64,000 nt of DNA from Oopsacas minuta (taxonomy: Eukaryota; Animalia; Porifera): the NCBI GenBank assembly GCA_024704765.1, contig JAKMXF010000310.1, forward strand, positions 744,001 to 808,000, given 5' to 3'. The notes under the pieces are model-generated. The model saw nothing but the letters and a program-made list of their open reading frames with translations, was not told the origin of the DNA and ran no database searches. A program made the translations under genes and the position numbers. Of the stretch, positions 10,505 to 22,844 are shown one piece after another; the stretch's first letter is position 1, and each line of letters opens with the position of its first letter.

Positions 10505-12052
10505 ATGGCTACGAATGAACTACCCTCTTATCCAATCAATTCTAATCCTGGATTGGGAATAATAATAGTTAACAAATTTGAGAATATTCCCTCTTACACC
10601 AGAAGAGGAGCTGAGAAAGAGGTAGAAAATCTAACTCGAATATTCTCTATGTTAGGATTGGAGACTAGATTGTTTGAAGATTTAACAAGTCATCAGATTA
10701 TAGAGGTGTTGTATAAAACTTCAAAAGATCCTGAACTCTCCTCTCAATCTATGCTAGTCTTAGCTATTAGGTTAGTTTGTTTATTGTTTTCGACTAATGA
10801 ATATATATTGTTCAAGTTTATTAATATTTTTAACCAACTTCCACATGAGGTACATATACATATCTTTAATATGAGCATAAATGTGGATGGATCGTCGACA
10901 ATATTTCAGCATTATATTTCTCAATAGGCTACTAAATACTATCATTTCTCTTTATTTTTACTGCAACTTCTATGAGGAGGCCTGTTGCGTCTAATTTTAA
11001 CTCGTTTCCAGATGCGCCGAACTTTCTAACAACTTGAACGATCCAGGGGAAGCTTGTACATTATTGAGGGGCAAGGTATTTAATTTCGATAGTGAAGCGA
11101 GTTAAAATCAGACTAATACAATATCCATGGTACAACCATACTAGCGAGTTAAAATCAGACGCAACAGCCCTACTGGTAATTATGGCATAGATGTTATATA
11201 CGTCCGTACCTCAGTCTTTCCTTGCGGTTGTGCGAAATCTAGTGGTCTGGTTAACACTGGTACATGCAATATATATTATCTGCTGTATTTCTAGTTCACA
11301 CGGTAACGAAGAAGGTCTATTCGGCATCAACATAGAACAGAGACTGAAGTTAGTCTCAGAGTCCCGAAGTACTCAAGGACTCAATGACGTAATATCTACT
11401 AACAAAATACAGTGCATATTCAATACACACAATTGTCCTCTTTTACAAAGCAAGCCTAAGCTATTGATTCTAAACGGTTGTAGGGGAAGTGAAAAGGAAG
11501 GTTTGTATGGCTATGAAACAGACGGAGTTAGTGAGGATACAAAGCATTTAGGTTGTACTTTATGGTCAGATTTCTTGGTTGTATGGTCTGCTGTAGATGG
11601 ATATCAATCTGTACGACATATTGCTACTGGTTAGTTGAGATTACACGCTCTTTTATGCATTTTTCAATTCAGTAGAATTCAAATAGGGATTATATACCAT
11701 AAATGGGTACTAATTTATAGAAACATTAAATAGTACATTAACGGTGTGTACAACTTATCAGAGTCCTACTGTAACTCTTATAACATTTATTGTCTGATTT
11801 TCCAATTTTGAAATACAGAGAATATTTATATTCCTGATAGGCTCCGTATTCATATCAGTGCTGTGTGAGGTACTTGATAAGTTCAGTGAATATTCTACTG
11901 AGTTGTTACTACCTGTTGTTAATCAGAAGCTGATGGAGAGAACAACTCGATTCTGTGAGAAGGAGAATAGAATTGTTGCTGAGTGCTGTGTATGGACTTC
12001 TACACTCAAGAAACAGTTGTGTTTACACAGGTACTACACACCGATTACATAA
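10505..12052 (+). CDS. Caspase (C14), no prodomain seen, 3 exons, about 270 aa; may splice on into the SH3-SH2 exons
   Basis: Exons 10505-10770, 11295-11629 and 11841-12052 are in phase. Motifs YTRRGAEKE, LAISSHG (catalytic His), KPKLLILNGCRG (catalytic Cys), linker ETDG, GYQSVR..TGSVFISVLCEVL and STLKKQL. Confidence 0.9.
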
Positions 12053-12310
12053 AATTTAGCTAATCCGAACAGCAGTAAGAACGATTGAATCAATGACAAT
12101 GTGATGAGAGTAAAAACTTTTGTGATACAAATAAATTTCACTTAATAAGTACCAGGGGGTAGCAGTAGCACTATACGAAATTGAGGGTGACTTTAGTTTC
12201 TATACCTGAATAAATAGCAGGGATTCATCTACACAAAAATATTCATCATTCAGTAGCCTGTACTCTGTGATATAATCTTCAGGTAGGTTTTCATTATTGA
12301 TAGTCATATA

Positions 12311-12705
12311 CATAGGCGTATAATTAGCCGAATTAGGGGGCCGACCCCCACACACGCTTTCGATGTGGATCCAGCTCCCGGAACGCTAAACATGGAATAA
12401 ATTTAAAGAAAATTGAGAATGAGATTATAGTTAGTACTATCATCTTGTCCTTCTTTTACACAATTATTTGTTTCCTTAAATTAGCTTAATGTTGTTTTTA
12501 TAAGAACCTCTAACTCAAACTTTAGGAGTGGGTTCCATACTTGTATCTCAATTCCCTCAAAGTTCTCCCAGGGTTCCACATTTAGTTAATCTCATGTGCT
12601 CCAAAAATATTCCAAAATACCCGCCCTATACTTTTGTATTACGTTGGAGTCAAATCTTGGGTGGCATATATATGCCCACCCAAAATGGCCCTAGACGCGG
12701 CTATG
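12311..12705. mobile_element. Degenerate MITE-like insertion
   Basis: Short imperfect terminal inverted motif CATAGGCG / CGCGGCTATG. No TSD found. Confidence 0.3.
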
Positions 12706-12856
12706 AATTGGATTATCCTACGCATATGACCATATGCTATATTTATAGAATTTTGTACTCGCAACTAATCCATTATTTTGTACCATTACATATATTTGAC
12801 TGTAAACAAGAATCCAGTTTAGTAAAAAACAGACTTTTAATATATATTTCTTGTAG

Positions 12857-14440
12857 TGTTAAGTCAACAAACGCAGGAAAACGTCTGTCATTCGAGGAAG
12901 CTATAAGTCAGGAAATAGAGGAATTTCCTTCCATAGACAGTCTCCATTCAATTTCTATAAACTCTCTAACACTAATGGATAGTCTAACTCAGTTAGGAGG
13001 TGACCCTATCACTTGTGTTGCTATTGTAAATACAACATTCCTGGATGTAACTAGGGAAACGCCTTCCAAGTTACTGATTGGTGATAGAGTGTTTTTGTTA
13101 GATAGTTTGGATTCTAAAAAGAATTTACTCTTCATTAGAAGGTAAATAATATTGGGGAACCTGATAGATATAGAATTATGGGATATTATATTTGTGTCAC
13201 ATTTAACCATCTCGCCTATTCTAGCGCCATACTATGAAACTCAGTGGCGGCTCTAGAGATGGGGCCTTGGGACTAGAGCCCCATCAAAATTTTTGTCAGC
13301 CCGATCACTTGAGGGGGCTGAGAAAAGACTAACTGACAAATATGCATTTCCATTTTTTATGAAAGCATTTAAAGTATTGAGATTCAATCCATTTTGAATA
13401 CTTCTTTAATGCGATTTTCTAACCTAATTCCTATCTTCCTCGGTTATAGATAACAATTCGGCTAACGTTTATTCAATCGACAGCCGATTTCAGATAATTC
13501 ATAATGTACCCAAATTACTTATTGGATATAACTTTCAATTACACGTTCAGCCCCATCCTGGAGAGCTAGCGCCGTAACTGAAAGAGACTCTATATTTTAA
13601 TCAGAATTTGATATAAAATTTTGACCACGAAAATAGATCACATTCGTTTGATTTTGTGGCAGATTATTGTACTCTTTTGCTAAGGGCCTCAATTGTTATC
13701 TCATACCATTTCTATAACTTCATCATTTCTGATCAAATTCTTTGATCTATTGACAGGATTTCTGATGTTTTCCTTTCACATTATGGATAAATCAGATTGA
13801 TAATCATGTAAAATTGGCATCTACATGCACGTAATTGTTATGATGTACATATATGTGAATCTGAGCTCAGAAGTTCAGTATTCCATTCACACCTTTTTGA
13901 CACTTTATGTAATTCTCCCTCTTTTGTTAGAAATTCTAATTATTCATAAAAGTTAACTATAACCTGAGAATCATTAACCAGACGGATTGAGCAGCCACGA
14001 GCTTATTACCCTTATTCCAGATGATATCTTTACTTATCTATCTCTTGTGTAGGGTGTCTAGTATAGATACAGGATATGTACCAAGGAATGTTATCAAACC
14101 AGATGAGAATCTTCAAGAAAAGCAATGGTTCTATGAGGGTCTGGACAAGAAAACCACTTCCCTTTATCTCACACCTTGTCCGGACGGAACTTTCCTAATC
14201 AGGTCTAGCCTAATAAATCCTTCTCATTATCGTCTTGCGATTGTGCATCAACAAAAAGTGCATCAATACAAGATAAAGTATCTACTATTCGATTGGACTT
14301 ACATTCTATCCATCTATAACTTTACTTCATTGCATAATTTGGTGGTGTATCTGTCCGGACATAAACGAGTTTGTTGTAAACTAAGTCACCCTTTTATACT
14401 TGCTGATACAGTGCCTACTAATGTAGAGGATACCATTTAA
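12857..14440 (+). CDS. Divergent SH3 + SH2 module, exons 12857-13141 and 14053-14440; 5' end unresolved
   Basis: Phase-2 intron 13142-14052 joins CVAIV...IGDRVFLL...LFIR-R-VSSIDTGYVPRNVIKP (SH3-like). SH2 reads WFYEGL...DGTFLIRSS...KVHQYKI with the conserved FLxRxS Arg. Acceptor TTTCTTGTAG at 12856. Confidence 0.8.
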
Positions 14441-15304
14441 TCTATTGGATGTTTATATTGTGTGATTATTTTACAAGTGAAATTCTTAAGTTTGTTTATT
14501 GTTGATTAAAAATGTTGAGCTAACGGACTGGAATGGCTAGCCTTGGAACGAAATTTATAGTATCGAGTTGAGTCGAAAGAGTAGTCACTCGAGAGTGTTT
14601 AGAACAAATTTCAAGAATGGGATGTTACTACATTCCTGAGACATTCCTGCGTTGTTAGGGAAAATTCCCATACATAAGCAAGGACCACCTAACCGACGAG
14701 AAATTTTCACTGATTATGATTATTGACCAGACCTTCATCTGGGTGCGCCCCTCGCACCTAGAGGTGCAAAGAAAATATTCAGGGGTGCACGAAAGTACCA
14801 GGGGGCAGTCGAGGGGCAAGGTGCTTCCGCGGGTTTCGCAGGATGCATGTCCAGTTTCGGATCCATTAATTTCTAGTTGGGTATGACCATCCAGCTGGAG
14901 CTGGGGGACCAGTTTTACCAGGGGGGGGCATTGCCCCGCTATGCCCTCCGTTACGACATCACTGAGTCTTCCACTCTTTCTAGCTATAAATGAAATATAC
15001 AATAATAATTGTATAAAATTATTGATAAATTTTAATTAGTCCCCAAATTGTATTATCTGTTTAGCATTAAATTTGTTTGAAGTATAATATAGGAGTTAGT
15101 GGAATTAAAGATCAATGGGGATTTATCTTGAGCGCTGGGGAGGATAAAGGCAAAGCCCCCTCTGTTGAATGGGAGTTTGTACTTATGTGTATAGGCGACT
15201 ATTAGGCATTTGATACGGCCTACGGTAGAGTTGTATAATGTATAACGGCAGCTCCTTATTATGAATTTTGAAAAATAGAGACATAACACTTTTTATAAAT
15301 AACT

Positions 15305-18300
15305 ATGGTTACAAGAATTTTTGAGGTTCCACCAACAGAGTCTCAAGGTATAACTAATAAAATAGCTGATAGTAAGAGACAACAATATTTTAATGACGTC
15401 ACATTCACTTGTCAATTTTGTCAAGAATCTGTCAAGAGAGCTACATTCCTATCTTGTCTACACTCATTCTGTAAGACCTGTATTGATGAGAAGGTTAAAC
15501 AAGAAGGAACTGAGTCAATACAGTGTCCACTTTGTCCAAGTTACGAATATGTTAGCTTAGAGTTACAGAGCAATCCTTTACCAGACCTTATCAACAAGCT
15601 GAAACAACTGAAGACTACAAAAAATCTCAGATGTACTGACTGTGTGTTTGGAGACACAGGTGAGACAGCTGTAGCTTATTGTGTAGACTGTAAAGCTACT
15701 ATTTGCAAGATTGATATGAAAAGTCATGAGAAGTACAACATAGGACATCTCATACTACAGCTACACACCCTACAGGACTCTTCTGCACAGGATATTCTCA
15801 CAAGTCTACAAGCTACTACTACAGGAGGTAGTTTGATTGGTAATATTCTCCAATACGTATGTCAGTTTACTATGGCAATCTCTAGCATCAGTAGAATTTA
15901 GTGTACTATAATTATTGAAAATTTCAGGAACGCTTGTTTCGATTCATAAAATTTTCATTTTAAACAGAACGACTGGTTAATGTGGTTACACTTTCATAAA
16001 AATGAGCCGCATTGCTTGCTCTCGCTGCTGGGCTTGCGAACACTGTTCGCATGTAACTCAGCACTTCGTACCTCGATTTTTTCATTAGAACAACTATTAT
16101 TTACGCATAAGTACCTAGAAAGTGTGAAATTCAGAATCAGCATACTCGATTACCCCGGTATAACCGTTGAAACCAAGTTTCTAAGACAATTAGAAATTTC
16201 TTTATTTTATACACCTAATTAACAACAAATAATCATAATACGTTGTTGACAATGTCATATTTGGAATTAGCGTACCTCACTACCCTAGAATAACCGTTGA
16301 AACCAAGTTTATGGAACTTTTGTTACTTTTATATTCATAAAAACAACAATAAATTTCATATATTAAAAATTAAAATTCGCATATGAACAAGCTGCTATTC
16401 GCAGTGCGAGAACGATTTATCGAATTAGTTAATGATTTGGCGTTCAGTGTTGTTTAAGTGCTTTTATATTCACGATTATGATTGCGATAGTTGAGAAGAA
16501 TTTTGACTCAAATTAATATCTATCTTGGCCGCCGGGACTGATGTCCGGACTTCTTGAGCACTCCATAGTTATGTTTCTGAATTGCGAGATTCAAGTTCAA
16601 TTTTGCATTCCATCATTCCTTTCCTTGACAACGAACAAACGGACGGACTGGCGGGCTAACAACAATAGCAAATTAATTAATATAGATGTTCACATTTACC
16701 GCTCAATTGCATAAAATTCCCCTTTATATTCTGATAGTTTCCATCACATGGATGTAATGTTTAGCCTTTTATAATGAATGTTAATACACACAATATATGC
16801 ATACATATATATATATATATTCCACAGAATTAGATGATGGGATAGGAGCAAGATACAAACTCACAGAAGAATATCTACATCCTTATTCTGAGGGTATTAA
16901 TATTACGTCATCAACAAATGAGTTGCAAGAAGAATGTATACAAGAAACTAATTCTTGTATTTGTCAGTTAGAAGATAGGAAATCAAATCTAGAAAAGAAA
17001 TGGAATACACAGACTACACAGGTGCTCACATTCTTTCAACAGCTGTACAATCAGCTGGAGGTTAGACAAGCAGTTCTGTTAGAAGAATTGACTCACAAAT
17101 ATCAGACACTGATTACTCCATTGGAAGATGCTATTCAACAGCTGGAGCAAACGGTCGCATACACAGGTTATGTAGGTGTGCTGAGTATGTACTCATATGT
17201 TACTGGTATCAGTAATAGACCTGTAGACAAGTTACAGGATATTTCTATATATCTAAAGGATTTCAATCTACCAGATTTATACAATGTGAATGTCAATCAT
17301 CAAACTGAGCAAAGTATAGAAGAATCTGTAAATGAATTTTTGACTGTGGGTAAAGTTAACAATCCTGAAATACAGAAGGAGCCAACTTTTGTTGCTAAGA
17401 AGCATAAGAGCTACAAACTTGGACAAAAAAGTCAAATAGCCGTATACTCTAACAGCCCATTGGATGTTGCATACGATTCTAATACAAAAATATTTTATGC
17501 GTTGTTTCGTACTCACTGGCTAACTTACCAACAAATTCACACTTCCTTGAAAGTAAAACAAAGAATCAGAACAACAGGACTGTTTCAATTAAACTCTTCT
17601 TTAGCTCTTTTGAACAATTCTGTTATGATTATCTCTAACCAAGTTCTGAATGTATATTCTGAAAAAGGAAAAGTTCTCAATCAAATACCTATAGGAAATG
17701 AAATTGGTACGATTCCTAATGCCAAATTATACACATTTTCTGGTATCAATTCTGTATACATATCTTGTATCGAATCTTCCACCATTTATAAAGTAAACTA
17801 TCAAACTGGAGTTAATGAGGGAACAATTAACCTCAACACTAACATACAACAAAATAGGGTTAATAGTAGATATGCAGGTACGGGAGTACATAATGCTAAC
17901 TTCTTAGATATGGTGAGATCTACTACACAACCAAACCAGTTGTTGATTCTACAGACAGCAAACTCACCTAAAAACACAACTAACAATCAATATTCCATAC
18001 AAATATTTGATGTTAACAACCTACAATATGCTGGTTGGTATATTTTATCTCAATGTATGTCTCCTTTCTGCTGTATGACTACATTTATCGATACACTATA
18101 TGTACTGGATGTGAGTACTGGCTCTGTTCATAAATACAAACTTGATCAGATTGAAACTAATGTTCAATATAATAGTGATGGTGGTTTTGGATCCAGTCAA
18201 GCAAATTCTCAATTGAATTCATTATCCCTAAATTCGATTACTAAGTGTACAGATATTGAAGGAAAAACTCTTAAAGACACAATGATAAGAGCATTCTCTG

Positions 18301-18359
18301 ACAATACAAAGAATCAAATTATGATACTGTCTAGTGGTGAGCTCCACTTCATAACTTAA
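15305..18359 (+). CDS. TRIM-like RING / B-box / coiled-coil / beta-propeller-like E3 ligase, 2 exons, about 684 aa
   Basis: RING CQFC...CLHSFCKTC...CPLC. B-box CTDC...AVAYCVDCKATIC...HEK...H. Phase-1 intron 15828-16827. Helical coiled-coil segment followed by a beta-rich C-terminus. Confidence 0.8.
15990..16687 (-). mobile_element. Helitron-like non-autonomous element in the TRIM intron
   Basis: Minus strand begins A|TCTATATTAATT... with a GTCC/TTTG-type microsatellite near the start and ends in a GC-rich hairpin then GGCTCATTT. Homologous to 20900-21310, 56560-56953 and 60915-61300. Confidence 0.5.
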
Positions 18360-19297
18360 TACATAATGTTTACACTGTACACACATAATTATGTGTAGCC
18401 TCTATGTAGACTTAATATTTTCCACGGAATAACTATTACAATTGTTTCCTCAATTACGATTTCTATAAATGCCTGTATCCTAATCTTAGATTCTGTATTT
18501 CTTTTAGAATGGAATGTAGAGGTATTTTGTTTTATTTTAAGATTGAGTCAATCATGGGCGTTGTATATTTGCTCCGGCTGTTTGGCCCGCCCGGACGCTA
18601 TAAGGCAGGGCCATGATATGACCTAAAAACATTCTTCTAGTTGTATTGGCTATTAGAGTTGTCTGGACAGATTCTTTATAGATTATCGTGAATGCACCCT
18701 TCTGGGATATGTGCAAGTGTCTTTTACAGCGGTTTTTGTATTCTAGGGTTAGATATTTATTGTATTAGCGCCGAGTATATTTCTAGGCTACGACATATTA
18801 TACCTGAGTATATTCCATGACAGAGGTATAATCTTACCTGCTACACGTAATCAAACAGTATCATTTTGGTCGCGCTGGATATATACAGTATGATCCATAG
18901 GATTATGATCAAGTGATTTTTACCTCCTATAAGGATAAAGTAACGAGTTTTACTCCGCTTACAATTAAATCTATTCTATAATTTGTCGATTGTAAATAAT
19001 CGCAAATCACCGTCTGTGCCGACCCAACTTTTATGTTAATGGTGGTGATATAGCGAAGTTGGCTAACTATCTGCCAGGATGGCAAGACACCATCCGAATA
19101 TGTTCATCACAGTTCTCTATTTTAAACTTAATCATCAAAAGCAAAAAGTGTGAAATTACACGATTTTCCCTATATTAATGCTCTGCACTAAACCAATTTA
19201 ATGTAAATGGTAATATAATAACACTACAAATAAGAAACAATAATAAATAGATTCATCTCGTAGTTTCGAGCCTTTTTTCACTCAGTAATTCTTCTAA

Positions 19298-20448
19298 TCA
19301 AGATAATAGCGGATTGGAGCACACTCGATAATGAAATATTTCTCTGTCACAAAACCTTCTCTTAAAGTATCCTTTGGCAGTGACATACATAATATTCAAA
19401 TTTACAACGATAAAATTACATAATATAATTAGCTCAATCAAGCCATCAGTTATCAAACAGTAATAACTGATTTGAGTAAGAATATTCATTGTAGATTCTG
19501 GAATGTTAAACATAGGAAGGTGATATGTTACATGAAACCAACACAGATTTAGAGAAATTGATTCAATTATTGCATATAAGTTGAATAATATTAAGTTCTT
19601 CAGAATGTATAATTCAAAAGTGAACAAGAAAACAAACACTAGTACCTTATACTGTTTTAAATATCTCTTCTGTTGTAGATATACATTTGTATTATGGAGA
19701 TGGTATGCATCTATAACACGACTATTCATGGCAGGAAAGAATCTCTTTTTGGCAATGCGGTACACAATAACGAGACTGATTTGATTTATTAAACTTAGTC
19801 CGATAATGCCGAATATCATAGTATATTGAATAGATGCGAATACCAGTATATAGGGTTCATAACTATTCCTAACAAGATGAAGCGGACAACTACACTCACT
19901 TTCAGTTCATTTCTAGCAGCAAAACTCAAATGGAGAAGAGAAGCACCAAACAACCAAATCATCATGGAGAAAGAGAAATCACCAAACAAGGGGAATATAT
20001 TCAGAACAATACTAATAGGTCTACTGTCATATGAATAGCCAATGAGTGTATTAGATTGTAGAGAGCAGTTTGGACCAATTTTGATGATAATATCTTTTAT
20101 GGGGATGGGATCAAATATGAATCCGTATGTATTTATTCGCAAGCAGTAGATAAGCTCAAAGCAAAGAAAGACGAGAAAGATAACATACCGGAAAATGTGT
20201 TCCTTCTGCATGAAGAGACGATTCGAATAATCACAACTACTTTCCAGATACATTAAATTGACAAGTTTCCTTTTAAATCGTATTTGTGAGAATATTTCGA
20301 ATAAAACATAAACTAACCATATAACACATATTATAGTGTAGATTAGTACTAACCCCTGGCTAATGTAGAACACTTTATTGTTTATTTCAATATAAGACCT
20401 GTTGTTCATCATTTCTACTATTCTTCTCAATGATTCTATCACTTTCAT
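19298..20448 (-). pseudogene. Orphan multi-pass (7TM-like) membrane protein with a 1-nt frameshift near 19846-19853
   Basis: ORFs 20448-19816 and 19819-19298 join into one hydrophobic protein of about 383 aa if 1 nt is restored in the TATATA run. Layout and motifs resemble 25616-26653. Confidence 0.65.
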
Positions 20449-20899
20449 ACTTATATCATTAATATGATTATAGTAATAGGATATTAAGTCATTATTAATA
20501 TCTAAGTAATCATATCATACTTGAATTAACTTTAAAATAAATAGTAGTTAGCAAATGTACTCAAGGAAAGCTACCCATATCCAATTATTTATGTAAATTG
20601 CATTAGGATAGAATTTCAGCTTGTGACATCAATTACCATTTATTTATCCTGATTTATTCAAAAATTTCCCTTCCCCATAATATCTGAAAATGATATTATA
20701 TTATCGTATGCCTTATTATAGGAAATTAACAGAATTATATACAAATCGTTAATTTCCGTCGCTTGAATTTCGTTGAGTGTTAATTTCCTACGAATCGCTT
20801 CACTTGCTCGCGCTGCGCGGCCTGGAACACTATGTTCGCATGGAACTCGGCACTTCGTGCAACGAATTTAGCAAAGTACATGAATTGCAAATGGATTAA

Positions 20900-21310
20900 T
20901 CTATATTATTAAATCTTAATGATTGTTTGTTTGTTTGTCCGTTGTCAAGGAAAGGATTTACGGTATGCAATTATGAAATTGTAGCATAACTATGTATTTA
21001 TCGTGTTTATCAAGGAAGTAATAAGAAATCAACAAAACTTCACTAAATATATCGAACATGCTGAATCCGATTTTCACACTTTTGGGTTAATCATATGTAA
21101 ATTTATTGTTGTTTTTATGAATATAAAGTAAACAAATTTCAAAATTGAGGTAGAATCATGCTTTCAACGACTATAATGGTGTAATCGAGTAGACTGAGTC
21201 TGAATATTGTAAACAACCATCAATATTATTAAATCACAATTGTTGTGTGTCTGTTTATTTGTCCGTTGAATACCTCGAGGCACTATGCGACGAGCCAAAG
21301 GCTCGTTTAA
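20900..21310 (+). mobile_element. Helitron-like non-autonomous element
   Basis: A|TCTATATTATT...(TTTG)n GTCCGTTG start. 3' hairpin ACGAGCCAAAGGCTCGT. 21080-21308 is the reverse complement of about 60920-61145. Confidence 0.55.
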
Positions 21311-22039
21311 TATACATTTCAACTATTTATTTACATAATCTTCATATTAACAATGAATATAATTTCGCGTACAATCAATTCCATTTTTTGCAATATTTCT
21401 GGTTTTTTTGGGTAAAATAGAGAGGAAATTATTGAAAATCCAGGAATATTTGTAAAAGTGGTATGGAAGGGTGCATCAGTCAATTGACTCAATTCCCATG
21501 CAAAACCGTGAATAGAGGTTGCAAAGGGAAAATAGAAAGAGAATCGGTATATTATGTAGATGCCGTTTGAAGAAGGAGACAAAGGATACGATGTGCAGAC
21601 TACAAAGAATGGTTCCATGTCTTCATGGAACCATTCTTGTATTCATATTTCTGTGGGAATTTGCATAGGTTTTCGCGTAGAAAGAAAATGATTCCCATTC
21701 CCACGGGAACCCTGGCGTTTTAGAAACAAATTTCGATACCATTATATATCTATAGATATTTACTCTATAAGTGAGGAAATTTGGCCTGCGAACCTCTTCA
21801 TAACCTCCATTCCCCATTTATAGTTTCAAATTTAAATGTCCTTTAACTAGAGAGTTTTGAGTGAATAATTATAGCCACTTACTCCAACGACTGTTATTTC
21901 AACGATATTTGATCTCCAGAATACTAGCACTACGCGTACAAAACGCTAGGGATTTCGCCCCCTCCCGTCCTAGATAGCTAGCGTTTTCGGTATCCAAGGG
22001 TGGTTCCTAAAACTCTGAGTCCCAAATCGCACATATAAC

Positions 22040-22701
22040 GGAGATTCCCTAATTCACGGAATGGAACGGACATGTTTTCTTGAAGAAATTTCAAATTTGT
22101 TGTTTGTTGCACATTTGGCCTTGTAAATCACAGAATATATTATCGTGAAGGTTGCCAAGGACAGTGGCATAGCTAGGGTTTCAGGGGCCCCGATTCAAGT
22201 GTTATGACTGGTTACTAAGCATATAATAAAAAGTCAAGTGTACATACTAAGTGACTCGAATATACATGAATAATGCACACAGGTCCATAGAGCATTTCAA
22301 GGAAAATTCTAAAAGCGTTTAGAAATAACTCCCAGAAATGCAATAGTACTCCACTCACAAGTTACATCCTTTGTTCTCGCTAATTCTACAAATATTTCAT
22401 TCAACTATATTTATCGCCTCAGAACACCCAGAATCACAACTAACATAAAGCAAAACATCTGCCTGCGACTATACTAATCCTAGGTCCGTAGAAGGCCTGC
22501 AGAGCAAATCCTTGTTAGTCCCCCTGTGCACACTCGACTTTATATGTATATGCTGAATAGTGGGCATGCTTTCAGTACTTATGAGTATGCTTTCAGTACT
22601 TCTCACTATAAGGGAATTATGACATGTGTCAAGCCACTTATTTGAAATTTCATCAAGAAAAACTTGTCCGTTCCGTTCCATTCCATGAACTAGGGAAGTC
22701 C
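22040..22701. repeat. About 60-bp imperfect inverted repeats flanking about 540 bp (MITE-like), upstream of BORA
   Basis: TTCCCTAATTCACGGAATGGAACGGACATGTTTTCTTGAAGAAATTTCAAAT (about 22045-22098) pairs with ATTTGAAATTTCATCAAGAAAAACTTGTCCGTTCCGTTCCATTCCATGAACTAGGGAA (about 22639-22697). Confidence 0.7.
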
Positions 22702-22844
22702 AATATAGCAACACAACGGGAATACTGACTAAAGCAATGCCCTTTTTGATGAAAAACTTATTATATAAACATTTTTAGGTTATTTCCTGCCGATTTTTAC
22801 GATTTCTGCAATTGTTTTTCTAGTTCATTCCCATATATAGTAAA

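Noticed and set aside
12528-12856. N-terminal 110 aa of ORF 12528-13145
   Set aside because: It starts at GTG within MITE-like/intronic sequence; protein-like sequence begins only after the acceptor at 12856.
14655-15002. 115-aa minus-strand ORF
   Set aside because: It overlaps a G/C-run-rich MITE-like fragment and has no domain motif; likely a chance ORF.
19816-19819. ATGA stop/start overlap suggesting prokaryote-style translational coupling
   Set aside because: A 1-nt frameshift about 30 nt upstream explains both ORFs as one membrane protein.
21924-21950. Possible Helitron 3' end (hairpin then CTAG|T on the minus strand)
   Set aside because: The stem is only 4 bp and no matching 5' end or second copy was found.
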